A stretch of 64,000 bases of DNA from Candidatus Kapaibacterium sp. GTDB lineage: Bacteria > Bacteroidota > Ignavibacteria > Kapaibacteriales > HRBIN21. Each line of letters begins with the position of its first letter. Position 1 is the stretch's first letter. The notes under the pieces are model-generated. The model was not told where the DNA came from. It made no database searches and saw only the letters and a program-made list of their open reading frames with translations. The stretch covers positions 5,715-69,714 of the forward strand of contig CALKEU010000005.1 in the NCBI GenBank assembly GCA_938084565.1, given 5' to 3'. The position numbers and the translations under genes are program-made. This document shows positions 18,789 through 29,800 of the stretch, piece after piece.

Positions 18789-18958
18789 TGGCTTTTCTGG
18801 AACACCATGCAGCATACGTTGTCCTGAGTGTGACGCTTGTGGTGTGGGCTGGTATAGCAGCACTCTTGATAGCGGTAGAGGCTCGTCTCCGACGCTTACA
18901 GCAGCTGGTGGAACCTCCGGCAGGGCAAGAGCGTTTGTCTGAGTACGGTGGTGGATGA
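18785..18958 (+). CDS. ccmD: CcmD-like small membrane protein (57 aa)
   Basis: Below the ORF-track cutoff. Translates to MMAFLEHHAAYVVLSVTLVVWAGIAALLIAVEARLRRLQQ... (single TM plus basic tail). ATGA overlap with ccmC and lies before ccmE. Confidence 0.75.
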   Translation: MMAFLEHHAAYVVLSVTLVVWAGIAALLIAVEARLRRLQQLVEPPAGQERLSEYGGG

Positions 18959-19008
18959 GGCAGCGGTGTGCTTCGTCTATGTGTGAGACCACGAGGTAGA
19001 GGAGCCAA

Positions 19009-19395
19009 ATGCGCATTCGCCCTCGCTACTGGATCGGTGCTCTGGCCCTTGCGGGCTTTGTCGCCCTGGGCATTTCAGCGTTGGAGCAGGCGACCGTGCA
19101 GTATGTCTCGATCGCAAAAGCGATCCAGCTGGGGAAACGTGTGCAGATCAAGGGGGTGTGGGTACGGGATGTTGAGCCCGTCTATGACAGCCGAGCAAAT
19201 GTTTTTCGCTTCGTACTGCAGGATGAGCACGGCGACCGCATCCCCGTTGTCTACGCTGGTGCGAAGCCAAACAACTTCGAGCTTGCCGAAAGCGTAGTGG
19301 TACAGGGCCACGTTGTGGGGGCAGAGTTTCATGCGAGCGCGATTTTGACGAAGTGCCCTTCTAAGTATAGCGGTGCTACCCCTCTGCAGCAGTAG
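19009..19395 (+). CDS. ccmE: Heme chaperone CcmE, CxxxY variant
   Basis: N-terminal TM anchor, OB fold, C-terminal LTKCPSKY. Confidence 0.93.
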   Translation: MRIRPRYWIGALALAGFVALGISALEQATVQYVSIAKAIQLGKRVQIKGVWVRDVEPVYDSRANVFRFVLQDEHGDRIPVVYAGAKPNNFELAESVVVQGHVVGAEFHASAILTKCPSKYSGATPLQQ

Positions 19396-19399
19396 TCCA

Positions 19400-19780
19400 A
19401 TGCGACTGCGCCCAGTTGTGTGGGGTGTTCTCGGGTTAACCCTCGTGCTAGCGTTTTTCATGGCGCAGCAATTTGCCGAGCTGCCCGAGGTGTCATTTGT
19501 GCGTGCTGTGCAGATGGCGCAAGAGCAGCCGAGTGAGGAGCGAGCTCCCACGGTTATGATTCGTGGAGTGGTACATGCGGTACCGCAGCCTGGGAGTTCG
19601 GGTCTGGCTTTCTGGATGCAGGATGGCGAGGGATCGATTTTTGCGGTCGAGTATACCGGTGGGAAAGCTCTTCCGCCATTGAGGCCGGGCGATCGCGTAG
19701 CTGTTCTCGGGCATGCGCATGGGGGAGCGTCGCCGTATTTCCATGCCTCCGATGTGCGGCTTGAGCAGGGGGGCCCATGA
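19400..19780 (+). CDS. CcmE-like OB-fold membrane-anchored protein lacking the heme-attachment motif
   Basis: TM anchor. FWMQDGEGSIFAVEYTG...GDRVAVLG...FHASDV parallels the neighbouring CcmE but ends before any C/HxxxY motif. Confidence 0.7.
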   Translation: MRLRPVVWGVLGLTLVLAFFMAQQFAELPEVSFVRAVQMAQEQPSEERAPTVMIRGVVHAVPQPGSSGLAFWMQDGEGSIFAVEYTGGKALPPLRPGDRVAVLGHAHGGASPYFHASDVRLEQGGP

Positions 19781-22086
19781 TTGCCCAGTTGACGGTGCAT
19801 CTGGTATGGGCATTGGCTGTGGCAACGGTAGTAGGGTATGTGGTGTCCCGTCGGCGGAGCGAGTACCTCGGTCCAGCGCGGTGGGCGTATACGCTGACCA
19901 GTGCTGGAGTTGGGGTGGTATGGCTCGTGCTCTTGGGCAGCATTTTCAGTCATGATTTTCGCTACACGTACGTGTGGGGGCATTCTTCGCGGTACTTGCC
20001 GCTGCATCTGCTTTTGGCCAGTAGCTATGCTGGGCAAGAGGGGAGTTTGCTGCTGTGGGCGCTGTGGTTGGCTTTAGTAGGCTTTGTGGTGCGCTCGTTT
20101 GCACGGCGTCTTGGCTGGGAAGCTGAGACGATGAGCCTCTATGCAGGCGTGCTCGCCTGGATGCTCTTACTGCTGGTGGCGAAGAATCCCTTCGCCTTTG
20201 TGTGGGAGACGTACGCCGAGCAAGGGGTCATGGAAGGCTTTCTGCCAGCGGAGGGTCGGGGGCTCAATCCGTTGCTGCACAACTACTGGATCGTCATCCA
20301 TCCGCCAGTGCTCTTTTTGGGGTTTACGTTCGTGACGGTACCGTTTGTGCTCCTGCTTGCAGGGCTGTGGCGGGGGGACTCCCAGCGGTGGGCGGCTGTG
20401 GTCTTGCCCTGGTTGGGGATAGCAGCAGCGGTACTCGGACTTGGCATTATTCTCGGTGGGCTGTGGGCGTATGAGACCCTAGGGTGGGGCGGTTTTTGGG
20501 CATGGGATCCGGTAGAGAATTCCTCTCTGGTGCCTTGGCTGTTTACGGTAGCGGCTGTGCACACGGTGTTGATTCAGCGGAGAACAGGGGGGCTTGTGCG
20601 AACGACGGCTGTGCTGGTCGTGCTGGCATTCCTGACGGTTCTGTACTCGACTTTCTTGACACGCAGCGGGGTATTGGGAGATACATCGGTACACTCGTTT
20701 GTCGATCCTGGCTTCTTTGCCTACGTACTTCTTGTGGTGATGATGGGCATAGCCGGGGGGCTGAGCGGGATTTTCCTGCTGTGGCGGTGGAAGGAGCTCG
20801 GGCGTGAGGCGCTGGCACTGCCACCGAACTCGCGACAATTCTTGCTCGCCCTGGGAGCGTTGGGATTGGTGGTCAGCGCTATTGTGGTGTTGGTAGGAAC
20901 GAGCTACCCCTTGGTGGCAGAGTTGGTTGGCAGACCCAAAGTGGCCGTTGAGCAGCGCTTTTATAATCTGCTGCACATCCCGATTGGGGTGTGGATATTG
21001 CTGCTCAACGGCATCTCGTTCGTGTTTCAATGGCGTGCGACACCCGGCGGTCTGGTGTGGCGTCGGCTGTTGCTCCCGCTGGGTGCCACCGTGGCCGGGA
21101 CGGGATTGCTCTGGATTGGTGGGATACGGGATGTCTGGCTACTTGGCTTAGGAGCGTCGGCATGGTTGACCTTGGTCATCAGTGGAAGCTTCCTCTTCAG
21201 AGGGCTGCGGCAAAATCCGCCGATGGCGGCTGCGCTCATCGCCCATGGCGGGCTGGCCCTGCTGGTACTGGGAGTAATTACGTTGGCTTCGCTGTCTTGG
21301 ACGGCACATGTGCGCTTGCCACAAGGTGAGCCCATACAGCTAGGGGCTTACCGACTCACCTATATCGGGCGAGAGCGCATCGAGCAGCAGTACCCCGATC
21401 GCGAGAAGTGGCGTTATGCTGTCTCTGTGGAAACTGGCACCGAACGCGCTGTGCTCTTCCCCGTGTTGTTCTGGAGTGATTATAATCAGCGGCAAGCGGC
21501 CTTCTTGGAGCCAGGTATCGGCTGGCGCATAGCGGCGGATTTTTACGTATCGCCCAAGTCCGTGGAGGAGGTCGGAGGTGAGGTCTCCGAGTTCGTTCTG
21601 CGTCAGGGAGAGGTGGTCCCGATCGATAGCCTGCTGCAGGCACGCCTTGTGCGCTTTCAGATGGGGCCGGTAGAGGGCGACACACTCACCCTCTTTCTCT
21701 GGCTTGAGCTACGCTCTTTGCACGGTAGGATCGATACGCTGCGGCTGCCCACACGCATGGTGAGCCTCGAGCAAACGATGCCGAGCTGGATTGCGGTCGG
21801 AGATTCCCTCGAGATGGCGATGCTCCGATTCCTTCCCGATCGGCAAGACCCAGCGCGCTCGCAGGCTCTCGTGGGTATCCGGCGCAATAGGGCTGCCGCA
21901 CGGGAGATCCTGACGGTGGAATTTTCCCTCAAGCCGGGCATTAATCTGGTCTGGCTTGGGGCTGCGCTCATGGTTGGGGGGCTCTTCTGGGCGGGAGTAC
22001 GGCGGCTGCGGGCTGCAGCACAGCGGACCCGCAGGCAGAGGTCGGCTGCGGCAATGCAGCAGCATCCTGCGTCGGTAGCGGACTAA
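19777..22086 (+). CDS. ccmF: Cytochrome c heme lyase CcmF
   Basis: GQEGSLLLW, GLNPLL, IHPP, WAYETLGWGGFWAWDPVEN, SVHSF. Confidence 0.96.
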   Translation: MIAQLTVHLVWALAVATVVGYVVSRRRSEYLGPARWAYTLTSAGVGVVWLVLLGSIFSHDFRYTYVWGHSSRYLPLHLLLASSYAGQEGSLLLWALWLALVGFVVRSFARRLGWEAETMSLYAGVLAWMLLLLVAKNPFAFVWETYAEQGVMEGFLPAEGRGLNPLLHNYWIVIHPPVLFLGFTFVTVPFVLLLAGLWRGDSQRWAAVVLPWLGIAAAVLGLGIILGGLWAYETLGWGGFWAWDPVENSSLVPWLFTVAAVHTVLIQRRTGGLVRTTAVLVVLAFLTVLYSTFLTRSGVLGDTSVHSFVDPGFFAYVLLVVMMGIAGGLSGIFLLWRWKELGREALALPPNSRQFLLALGALGLVVSAIVVLVGTSYPLVAELVGRPKVAVEQRFYNLLHIPIGVWILLLNGISFVFQWRATPGGLVWRRLLLPLGATVAGTGLLWIGGIRDVWLLGLGASAWLTLVISGSFLFRGLRQNPPMAAALIAHGGLALLVLGVITLASLSWTAHVRLPQGEPIQLGAYRLTYIGRERIEQQYPDREKWRYAVSVETGTERAVLFPVLFWSDYNQRQAAFLEPGIGWRIAADFYVSPKSVEEVGGEVSEFVLRQGEVVPIDSLLQARLVRFQMGPVEGDTLTLFLWLELRSLHGRIDTLRLPTRMVSLEQTMPSWIAVGDSLEMAMLRFLPDRQDPARSQALVGIRRNRAAAREILTVEFSLKPGINLVWLGAALMVGGLFWAGVRRLRAAAQRTRRQRSAAAMQQHPASVAD

Positions 22087-22161
22087 TGGTACGCCCCGCA
22101 TACGAGTGAGCTGGGGGCTATTTTCGCGGTGCCTGTGTCCATTCTCTCGAAGGCTGAAAGC

Positions 22162-23646
22162 ATGGTACGCTGGAGTGTCCTGGGGGGAATCGCAGTTGTA
22201 CTAGTCGTCTCGGCAGTGGTGGTGTACCGTACAGTGAAGCTCGGGGCGGCACATGAGGTAGAGCCGCTCCCGCAGCCGCCTCTGCTGCTGGATTCTGCCG
22301 CAATTGTGCAGCGTTTTGCCGCATCACTCCGCTACCGTACAATTTCGCATCAGGATACGGCGCAGGTGGAGGCTGCTGAATTCGAACGTTTCCACGCTTT
22401 CCTGCACCAGAGCTTCCCGGAGGTCCACCGTCAGCTCCAGCGGGAACGGGTCAGCAATTATAGCGTGCTCTACCGCTGGCGCGGCACCGATACGACGCTC
22501 CCGGCCATTGTGCTCATGGGTCATATGGACGTTGTACCGGTGGAACCAGGCACGGAGGACAGCTGGAAGTACCCACCCTTCGATGGGGTCATTGCTGAAG
22601 GGTACGTGTGGGGGCGAGGAGCCATCGATGACAAAATCACCGTGATGGGGATTCTAGAGGCGGCAGAGGCGTTGCTGCGGAGTGGGTTCCGGCCCGTTCG
22701 GGATGTGTATTTCTGCTTTGGCCACGATGAGGAGGTCGGGGGAAGGCATGGGGCACAGCGCATCGTTACGCTCCTCCGGCAGCGTGGCGTACGTGTCGCA
22801 TGGGTTTTGGACGAAGGAGGAGCTGTAACCACGGGGGTGTTCCCTGGTATCGAGCGCCCGTTGGCGCTGGTTGGGATTGCGGAGAAGGGATACATGATGG
22901 TCGAGCTCAGTGCCGAGGGGAGGGGTGGGCATTCCTCAACACCACCGCGCGAGAGCCCGCTCGGCTTGGTTGCTGCAGCTGTGGCTGCTGTTGAACGCTC
23001 CCCTCTCCCTGCCCGCTTGGAGGGCGTGGTGGCTACTCTCCTGGAGGCTCTGGCTCCGGAGATGCCCTTTCCCCAACGTCTGATGGTAGCCAATCAGTGG
23101 CTGTTCAAGGGCATAGTGCTGCGGCAGTTGCAGCAGACCCCGCGCGGAAATGCCATGGTACGCACGACGCTGGCGCCCACAATCTTCCACGCAGGGGTCA
23201 AGGAGAACGTGATACCCTCTGTGGCGCGAGCGGCCATCAATGTACGCCTCCTGCCCGGAGATACGCCTGAGGAGGTTATGCGTCACCTACGCCGGATTAT
23301 CCCCGACCGCCGGGTGAAGGTGCAGCAGCAGAGTGTGCTCAGCCTGCCATCCCCTGTGGCTGATGTAGGGGCGGTGGGATTCCAGCTCATCCAGGGAGCC
23401 GCTCGCACTGTCTTTCCGGAAGCTCGTGTCGTGCCTTACTTGGTGCTTGGGGCCACAGATGCGCGCTACTACACCGCCTTGACGCCGAATGTCTACCGCT
23501 TCTTGCCTGTCCGGCTGACCCCGGAAGAGTATCAAACATTCCATGCCCCCAACGAGCGCTTGCGGCTCAGCGAAGTGCTACAGGCGGTGCGCTTCTACGC
23601 GACGCTCCTCTTCCACGGTGCTGGAGGCAGTTCGGGCACCCCATAG
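22162..23646 (+). CDS. M20-family metallopeptidase (carboxypeptidase S/PM20D1-like)
   Basis: GHMDVVP, WGRGAIDDK, GHDEE, LDEGG, GGHSS, GATDAR, FHAPNE, with an N-terminal TM. Confidence 0.92.
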   Translation: MVRWSVLGGIAVVLVVSAVVVYRTVKLGAAHEVEPLPQPPLLLDSAAIVQRFAASLRYRTISHQDTAQVEAAEFERFHAFLHQSFPEVHRQLQRERVSNYSVLYRWRGTDTTLPAIVLMGHMDVVPVEPGTEDSWKYPPFDGVIAEGYVWGRGAIDDKITVMGILEAAEALLRSGFRPVRDVYFCFGHDEEVGGRHGAQRIVTLLRQRGVRVAWVLDEGGAVTTGVFPGIERPLALVGIAEKGYMMVELSAEGRGGHSSTPPRESPLGLVAAAVAAVERSPLPARLEGVVATLLEALAPEMPFPQRLMVANQWLFKGIVLRQLQQTPRGNAMVRTTLAPTIFHAGVKENVIPSVARAAINVRLLPGDTPEEVMRHLRRIIPDRRVKVQQQSVLSLPSPVADVGAVGFQLIQGAARTVFPEARVVPYLVLGATDARYYTALTPNVYRFLPVRLTPEEYQTFHAPNERLRLSEVLQAVRFYATLLFHGAGGSSGTP

Positions 23647-23698
23647 ACGGTTGGAGCTTCCCTGAGATATTCCCGGCTGGCGGAAGGGGGAGGAAGCG

Positions 23699-23706
23699 TA
23701 TTTTTG
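23699..23706 (+). promoter_or_regulatory. -7 promoter element (TATTTTTG) for the efflux operon
   Basis: TAnnTTTG match 34 nt upstream of the TolC ATG. Confidence 0.55.
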
Positions 23707-23739
23707 TGACCGCTGGTCGGAAATCGACTATCGGTCGAC

Positions 23740-25077
23740 ATGGAGCGCTGGTTGTGGGGAGGAGTGCTGGGAGTTGTGGGGAGCCTATTAGCGCAGCAGC
23801 CATTGACACTGGAGCGGGCAGTTCGGTTAGCGCTAGAGCGGAATCCTGACGTTCTCGTCAGCCGGCTTGAGGTACAGCGTGCTGACGCTCGTGTGCGTGA
23901 GGCTATCGGTACGGCGTTGCCATCGCTGAGCGTGGCGGCAGGCTACAACCGCAACATCGTGCCGCCAGTGTTCTTTCTGCCGGACTTTCAGAATCCGAAT
24001 TCGGGGCGGCTGCAGGAGGTGCGCATTGGATCGGATAACGCTTTTCAGGTACAGTTGCAGCTTGGGCAGGTATTGTTCAGTCAGGCGGTGTTAGTTGGCA
24101 TTGGCGCTTCGCGGCTGTATGCCGAGGCTGCTCGGCAGCAGTATCGGGCTGTTGCCGTGCAGACGGTGGCATCGGTGAAGAAGGCCTTCTATGCCGCATT
24201 GCTGAGTCGGGAACTTCTCGAGGCAGCGCAGGCTAGTCTGCAGCGGGCTGAGCGCTTTGCGCAGGATGTGGGCGTGTTGGCCTCGCAAGGCCTCGTGGCA
24301 GACTATGATGCTCTGCGAGCTCGCGTGCAGCTTGAACAGATCCGGACTGTCGTTGCTCAGGCACAGTTTGGGTATGCAGCAGCCCTCCGGAATCTCAAGC
24401 TCCTGATTGGCTTGCCGCAGGAAGAACCGGTCGAGCTTGCCGGTGATTTGGAGGCAGAGTATCGCCCGGCGGACTTACCGACGGAGCCGGAGCTCATCGA
24501 AAGAGTTTTGCGGCAGAATATACAGCTGCAGGCTCTGCGGCTGCAGGAACAAGTCCAGCAGGAGGTGGTGCGCATCTACCAAGCTGAATCCTATCCAACC
24601 GTGGTGGGGTTTGGGGGGGTGACTTACCAGGGGCAATCGCCGACGTGGCGCAACTTCGTGACAGCTGTCAGCAGTGTGGTAGGCATTCAGCTTTCGATCT
24701 CGCTCTTTCAGGGATTGCAGACGGCCGCGCGAGTAGAGCAGGCGGAGCTAGAGCAGCGCAAGGTGCAGCAGCAGCGGGAACGGCTCCAAGAGGCCTTGAA
24801 GCTCCAAATTTTGCTGGTGCGCCAGCAGGCGCTTCTGGCACAGCAGCGGTTGGAAGCTCATCGTAGTGCGATTAGGCAGGCTGAGCGTGGCTACGAGATT
24901 GCTCTCACGCGCTACTCCACCGGCCTGGGTAGTCAGCTAGAAGTTCTCGATGCTGATGCGGCGATTCGGCAAGCCCGATCGACATACGCCCAGGCCCTTC
25001 ACGATTACCTGGTAGCCCAGGCAGAGCTTGAGGCTTTGACCGGACGCATCGACCCTAGGATTGCTCCCGAGCTATAA
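23740..25077 (+). CDS. TolC-family outer membrane efflux protein
   Basis: LTLERAVRLALERNP N-terminus, two OEP repeats, RYSTGLGSQLEVLDA. Confidence 0.92.
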   Translation: MERWLWGGVLGVVGSLLAQQPLTLERAVRLALERNPDVLVSRLEVQRADARVREAIGTALPSLSVAAGYNRNIVPPVFFLPDFQNPNSGRLQEVRIGSDNAFQVQLQLGQVLFSQAVLVGIGASRLYAEAARQQYRAVAVQTVASVKKAFYAALLSRELLEAAQASLQRAERFAQDVGVLASQGLVADYDALRARVQLEQIRTVVAQAQFGYAAALRNLKLLIGLPQEEPVELAGDLEAEYRPADLPTEPELIERVLRQNIQLQALRLQEQVQQEVVRIYQAESYPTVVGFGGVTYQGQSPTWRNFVTAVSSVVGIQLSISLFQGLQTAARVEQAELEQRKVQQQRERLQEALKLQILLVRQQALLAQQRLEAHRSAIRQAERGYEIALTRYSTGLGSQLEVLDADAAIRQARSTYAQALHDYLVAQAELEALTGRIDPRIAPEL

Positions 25078-25080
25078 GGC

Positions 25081-25749
25081 ATGGGTGTACTTGAGCGGCG
25101 GCAGCGCGAGCGCGAACAGCGGCGGCGGCAGATCTTGCAGGCAGCCCGGCGGGTCTTCTTCCAGTACGGGTATCGCAATGCCACAATGGACATGATCGCC
25201 GCGGAGGCGGAGCTCGGCAAGGGTACGCTGTACGAGTACTTCGCCACGAAAGAGGAGCTCTACGTCGGGCTGTTAGAAGATGGATTGCGCCTGCTCGATG
25301 AGGCTATGGCGCGCATGTCTGAAGAGATGGCTGCAAAACCGATCGAGCAGGCAATCCGCAGTATGGCTCGCCAGTATTGGTGCTTTGCTGAAGAGAACCC
25401 GGAGTACTTCACGCTGCTCATGCATCTGTCTACGGCAATTGAGTTGCCCTTGGAGAAGGTGCGTCCGGAGCTCCTGGAGGAACTCCGCCGGCTACAGGAG
25501 CAGGCGATCCTCCGTGGGGTAACGTTGATCCAGCGGGGTATCCAGGAGGGACTCTTCCCGAGCGGGATAGCACCGGAGCACGTGCTGGCGCAGTTCTGGG
25601 TGGTCGTCAGCGGGGCCATTCTCCTGGCGCGCCACCCCTATCGGATTCGCCTCATGCAGGATATAGCGCCGGAGAGGTTTGTGGATGAACTTGTCGAACT
25701 CTTGATCCGTGGATGGCAATGTCGCAAGGAGTCGCGTTCGGTCTCCTGA
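25081..25749 (+). CDS. TetR/AcrR-family transcriptional regulator
   Basis: ILQAARRVF...TMDMIAAEAELGKGTLYEYFATKEEL HTH. Confidence 0.95.
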   Translation: MGVLERRQREREQRRRQILQAARRVFFQYGYRNATMDMIAAEAELGKGTLYEYFATKEELYVGLLEDGLRLLDEAMARMSEEMAAKPIEQAIRSMARQYWCFAEENPEYFTLLMHLSTAIELPLEKVRPELLEELRRLQEQAILRGVTLIQRGIQEGLFPSGIAPEHVLAQFWVVVSGAILLARHPYRIRLMQDIAPERFVDELVELLIRGWQCRKESRSVS

Positions 25750-26849
25750 TCGGAATCACCTCCGTTGTGCTGCTCGGGTGTGGTTCAGATGCTACGACTC
25801 CGGAGGCGAAGCGTCGCCAAATAGAGCGACTGCGTGCAGAGATTGCGCGTTTGCAGCAGCAGCTGGAAGCTCTCGAGCGCAGGACAGGCCAGCTCAGTAC
25901 AACATCGGCGGAGGTGTCCGTTGTGGTTGAATCCGTGTCCGTCGGGCCTCTGCGTCGCCTGCTGGAAGTACCCGGAGCAGTGGAATCTCGCACGACCGTA
26001 ACGCTGAGTGCCAAGAGTGCTGGGAGTGTCACGGCCGTATACGTGCAGCCGGGTATGCGAGTGGTGCAAGGACAAGTCCTCATCGAGCTGGATGCAGAAG
26101 TAGTGCGTCGCACAATTGAAGAGGTGGAGACTCAGCGTGATCTAGCCAAGACGCTCTATGAGCGCTACCGGCGAGCGTGGGAGGCTCAGGCCGTTGCTGA
26201 GGTACAGTACCTCAGTGCCAAGCAGCAGTGGGAAGCTTTAGAACGGCGTCTTGCCACACTACGTGAGCAGCTAGCCCAGGCGCGCATTACGGCGCCTATG
26301 GCTGGGATTGTCGACGAGGTGTTTGTCAAAAATGGTGAGCTGCTGGTGCCAGGCGCTCCTGCCGTACGACTGGTCAACACCCGGAATCTCTTCGTGGCTG
26401 CAGATGTCTCGGAGGCTTATGCGGGGACACTTCGGGCGGGTGGAACGGCGGAGGTGGTCTTTCCAGAGCTCGGCGATACGGTCCGAGCACGCCTTCGGAG
26501 CGTAGGGCAGGCCATCAATGTGCGGACGCGCACATTCCGCATCGAGCTGGTGCTGGACCGTCTCCCCGAAGGTATTCGCCCAGGGCTTCACTGTAGTGTG
26601 CGGATTGCCGATGTCGAACGTGCGCAGGCAGTGACCATCCCTCTGGCTGCACTCCAGCGGCGGAATGGGAAGCCGATCGTTTACGTCGTGGAGCGTCAGG
26701 CCAAGGAGGCCATCGTGCGAGAGCGCTCAGTGCGTATAGGCGTGCTCACCTTCGAGCGAGCGGAAATTCTCTCAGGGCTGCGCCCGGGCGAAGAAGTTGT
26801 CGTGCGCGCCGCTGGCCCGCTGCAGGATGGGATGCGGGTGAAGCTGTAG
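25713..26849 (+). CDS. RND efflux periplasmic adaptor (MFP)
   Basis: Lipobox LLGC, lipoyl half-motifs, coiled hairpin, ITAPMAG, SGLRPGEEVV. Confidence 0.92.
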   Translation: MAMSQGVAFGLLIGITSVVLLGCGSDATTPEAKRRQIERLRAEIARLQQQLEALERRTGQLSTTSAEVSVVVESVSVGPLRRLLEVPGAVESRTTVTLSAKSAGSVTAVYVQPGMRVVQGQVLIELDAEVVRRTIEEVETQRDLAKTLYERYRRAWEAQAVAEVQYLSAKQQWEALERRLATLREQLAQARITAPMAGIVDEVFVKNGELLVPGAPAVRLVNTRNLFVAADVSEAYAGTLRAGGTAEVVFPELGDTVRARLRSVGQAINVRTRTFRIELVLDRLPEGIRPGLHCSVRIADVERAQAVTIPLAALQRRNGKPIVYVVERQAKEAIVRERSVRIGVLTFERAEILSGLRPGEEVVVRAAGPLQDGMRVKL

Positions 26850-26856
26850 AGAGGGA

Positions 26857-29800
26857 GTGCGCATGCGAGAGTTTTGGCTGACCAATTGGGCTCTACGCAA
26901 TCGAGTGACCGTCTACGTGCTTGCCGTCATCGTCTTCGGGCTAGGCTTGTACACGTACGTCCGCGTGCCCAAGGAGCTCCTGCCCGATGTTGTCATCCCT
27001 ACGCTCCTTGTGACCACGGTCTACCCGGGTACTTCTCCGACTGATGTAGAAAACCTGCTGACACGGCCGATCGAAAAGCAGCTCAAGGCGGTCGCTGGAG
27101 TCAGCAAGATACGGAGCTCATCGGCACAGGACATCTCTACCATCGTCGTACAGTTTGAGACAACGGTCGATCCCAGCGTTGCCAAGCAGCGGGTCAAGGA
27201 TGCCCTCGATCGCGCTCGCGGGGAATTGCCATCCGATTTGCCAGAGGAGCCGCGCCTTGTGGAGATTGACTTTTCGGAGTTCCCCATCATGCAGATTAGC
27301 ATTGCTGGGGAGCTGCCGCTCGAGCAATTGAAGCGTTATGCCGAGGACATGCGCGATCGGATCGAGGCACTGCCGCAGATTCGGCGGGTGGATATTGTTG
27401 GGCTTCCCGAGCGTGAGATACGGGTTGATGTTGATCTCTATCGCCTCTGGGCCTTAGGGCTGAGCTTGACCGATGTAGAGCAGGCCATTCGACGGGAGAA
27501 TCTGAATATCTCCGCCGGTGAGCTTTCTGCTGGCGGGCTGCGCCTGAATGTGCGGTTGGCGGCAGAATTCCGCACACTCGAGGACCTTGCCAACGTTGTC
27601 GTCCGAGGGGGCACGGGCAACACAGTGCGTCTGGCAGATATTGCCACGGTAGCTGAGGAATTCAAAGAGCAGCAGAGCTATGCGCGACTGAACCGGCAGC
27701 CTGTCGTAACGCTCAGCGTCGTTAAGAAAGAGGGAGAGAATCTGCTCGAGGCAGCAGACCGCATCTACCGCATTGTGGAGGAATTCCGCCAGCACGTTGT
27801 CCCTCCGTCAGTGCGTTTGACCATTACCGATGACCAATCGGTACGGAGCCGCTCGACATTGGCGGATCTGACCAACGCCATCATCCTTGGCTTTCTCTTC
27901 GTGGTGGTCTCGCTCATGTTCTTCATGGGGGTGCAGAATGCTCTCTTCGTAGGGCTTGCCACCCCGCTGTCGTCGTTTTTGGCCATGCTGATCCTGCCGG
28001 CTCTGGGCTTTACGTTCAACATCGTGGTGACCTTTGCCTTCCTGTTGGCCCTGGGGATCATTGTCGACGATGCCATTGTAGTCATCGAGAACACCTATCG
28101 GCTCTATCGACGGGAGGGGCTCGATATTGTCGCGGCGGCCAAGCAGGGTGCTGGAGAGGTCTTTGCCCCGGTATTGGCTGGGACGCTGACGACGCTGGCT
28201 CCGTTCCTCCCACTGCTCTTCTGGCCCGGGGTGGTTGGGAAGTTTCTGCTCTACCTGCCCGTTGTGCTCATTGCGACGCTCTCGGCGTCCTTTTTAGTGG
28301 CTTACGTCTTCAACCCGGTCTTTGCGGTGGATTTCATGCCGCAGAGGCAGCGCCCGATGCAGCTCCGAGATATTGTCCGGCGCGTTGCTCTGCTGCTGAG
28401 TGTAGCGGCCCTGGGGTATCTTCTGGGAGCGTGGAGCAACGCTGCTTTCTTGACAGGAGCAGCCACCGTGACGTGGGTTATTGCGCTTCTGTGGGCGTTC
28501 AACCGTGTGGTATTCACCCCTCTGATTGTGGAGCCTTTCCAGCATCGGATATGGCCGGCTGTGTTGCAGCGATATCGGCACATTGGGGCATGGATTCTGC
28601 AGGGACGGCGCCCGTGGGTTCTGGTGGCCAGCGTCGTTGTGCTTTTCGGTGTAACAGTGGGGCTGACGGTCCTCGTGCGCCCAAGGGTGCTCTTCTTCAC
28701 CAATCCGGAGCCCAATTCCGTGTACGTGTATGTTTCGCTGCCGGTGGGCACAGATGCGGCCGTGACCGATTCCATCATGCGGGTAGTCGAAGAGCGGGTC
28801 TATGGAGTGCTTGGGGAGGAGAATCCGCTAGTGAGCTCAGTGAGCGTCAATGTAGGGGTTGCCGTGGGTGAGCCCTTCCGACCGAGCTTTGGTATAACTC
28901 CGCACAAGGGCCGACTCACCGTGAGCTTTGTCGATCCAGAATATCGGGCTGGCATTTCAACGTGGGGATACTTTGAGGCTATTCGCCGAGTTGTAGCCGA
29001 TATCCCTGGGGCCGAAATTGCAGTGGACAAGGACCAAGCTGGACCGCAGACAGGCAGCCCGATTAACATCGAAATCGCTGGGGAAGATCTGGACACGCTC
29101 CAGAGGTTAGCCGAGCACGTGCGCTCTCTCTTGCTCGATACGCTCCAGTTGGCGGGGATAGAGAACTTGCAGCTCGATGTGCAGCAGACAAAACCAGAGG
29201 TGATCATTACGGTTGACCGCCAGAAAGCTGCCCGGGAGGGGCTCAATAGTGGACAGCTCGGCGCGGCGCTGCGCGCGGCCCTCTACGGTGTAAAGGCCTC
29301 CGCCTTCCGAGCCGGCGAGGAGGAATATCCCATCCAAGTACGCTTAATGTCGCCGTATCGGGAGCGGTTGGAGGATCTGCTCAACGTGCCGGTAGCCTTT
29401 CGCGATTTGGCAACGGGGCAGTTCCGCTTGATCCCAGTCTCGGCCGTTACTACGGCGACATACACCACCACGTACAGCGCTATCAACCGAATCAACCAGG
29501 AGCGTGTAGTGACACTACGCTCCAATGTGTTGCCTGGCTACAGCGCGCCGCTCCTCAATGCTGAGATTCAGCGGGCGCTTACCCGCTTCCCCCTGCCCCC
29601 CGGATATACGATTCGCCTGACGGGCGAACAAGAGGAGCAGCAAAAAACGGTGGGCTTTCTACAGACGGCCTTCCTTATAACGGTGGCGCTCATTGCGCTG
29701 GTTTTGGTCACCGAATTTAGTTCGGTGGTCAAGCCCTTACTGGTTCTGACGACGGTGCTCTTCAGTATCACAGGGGTGCTCTTGGGCTTCTTGCTCAGCG

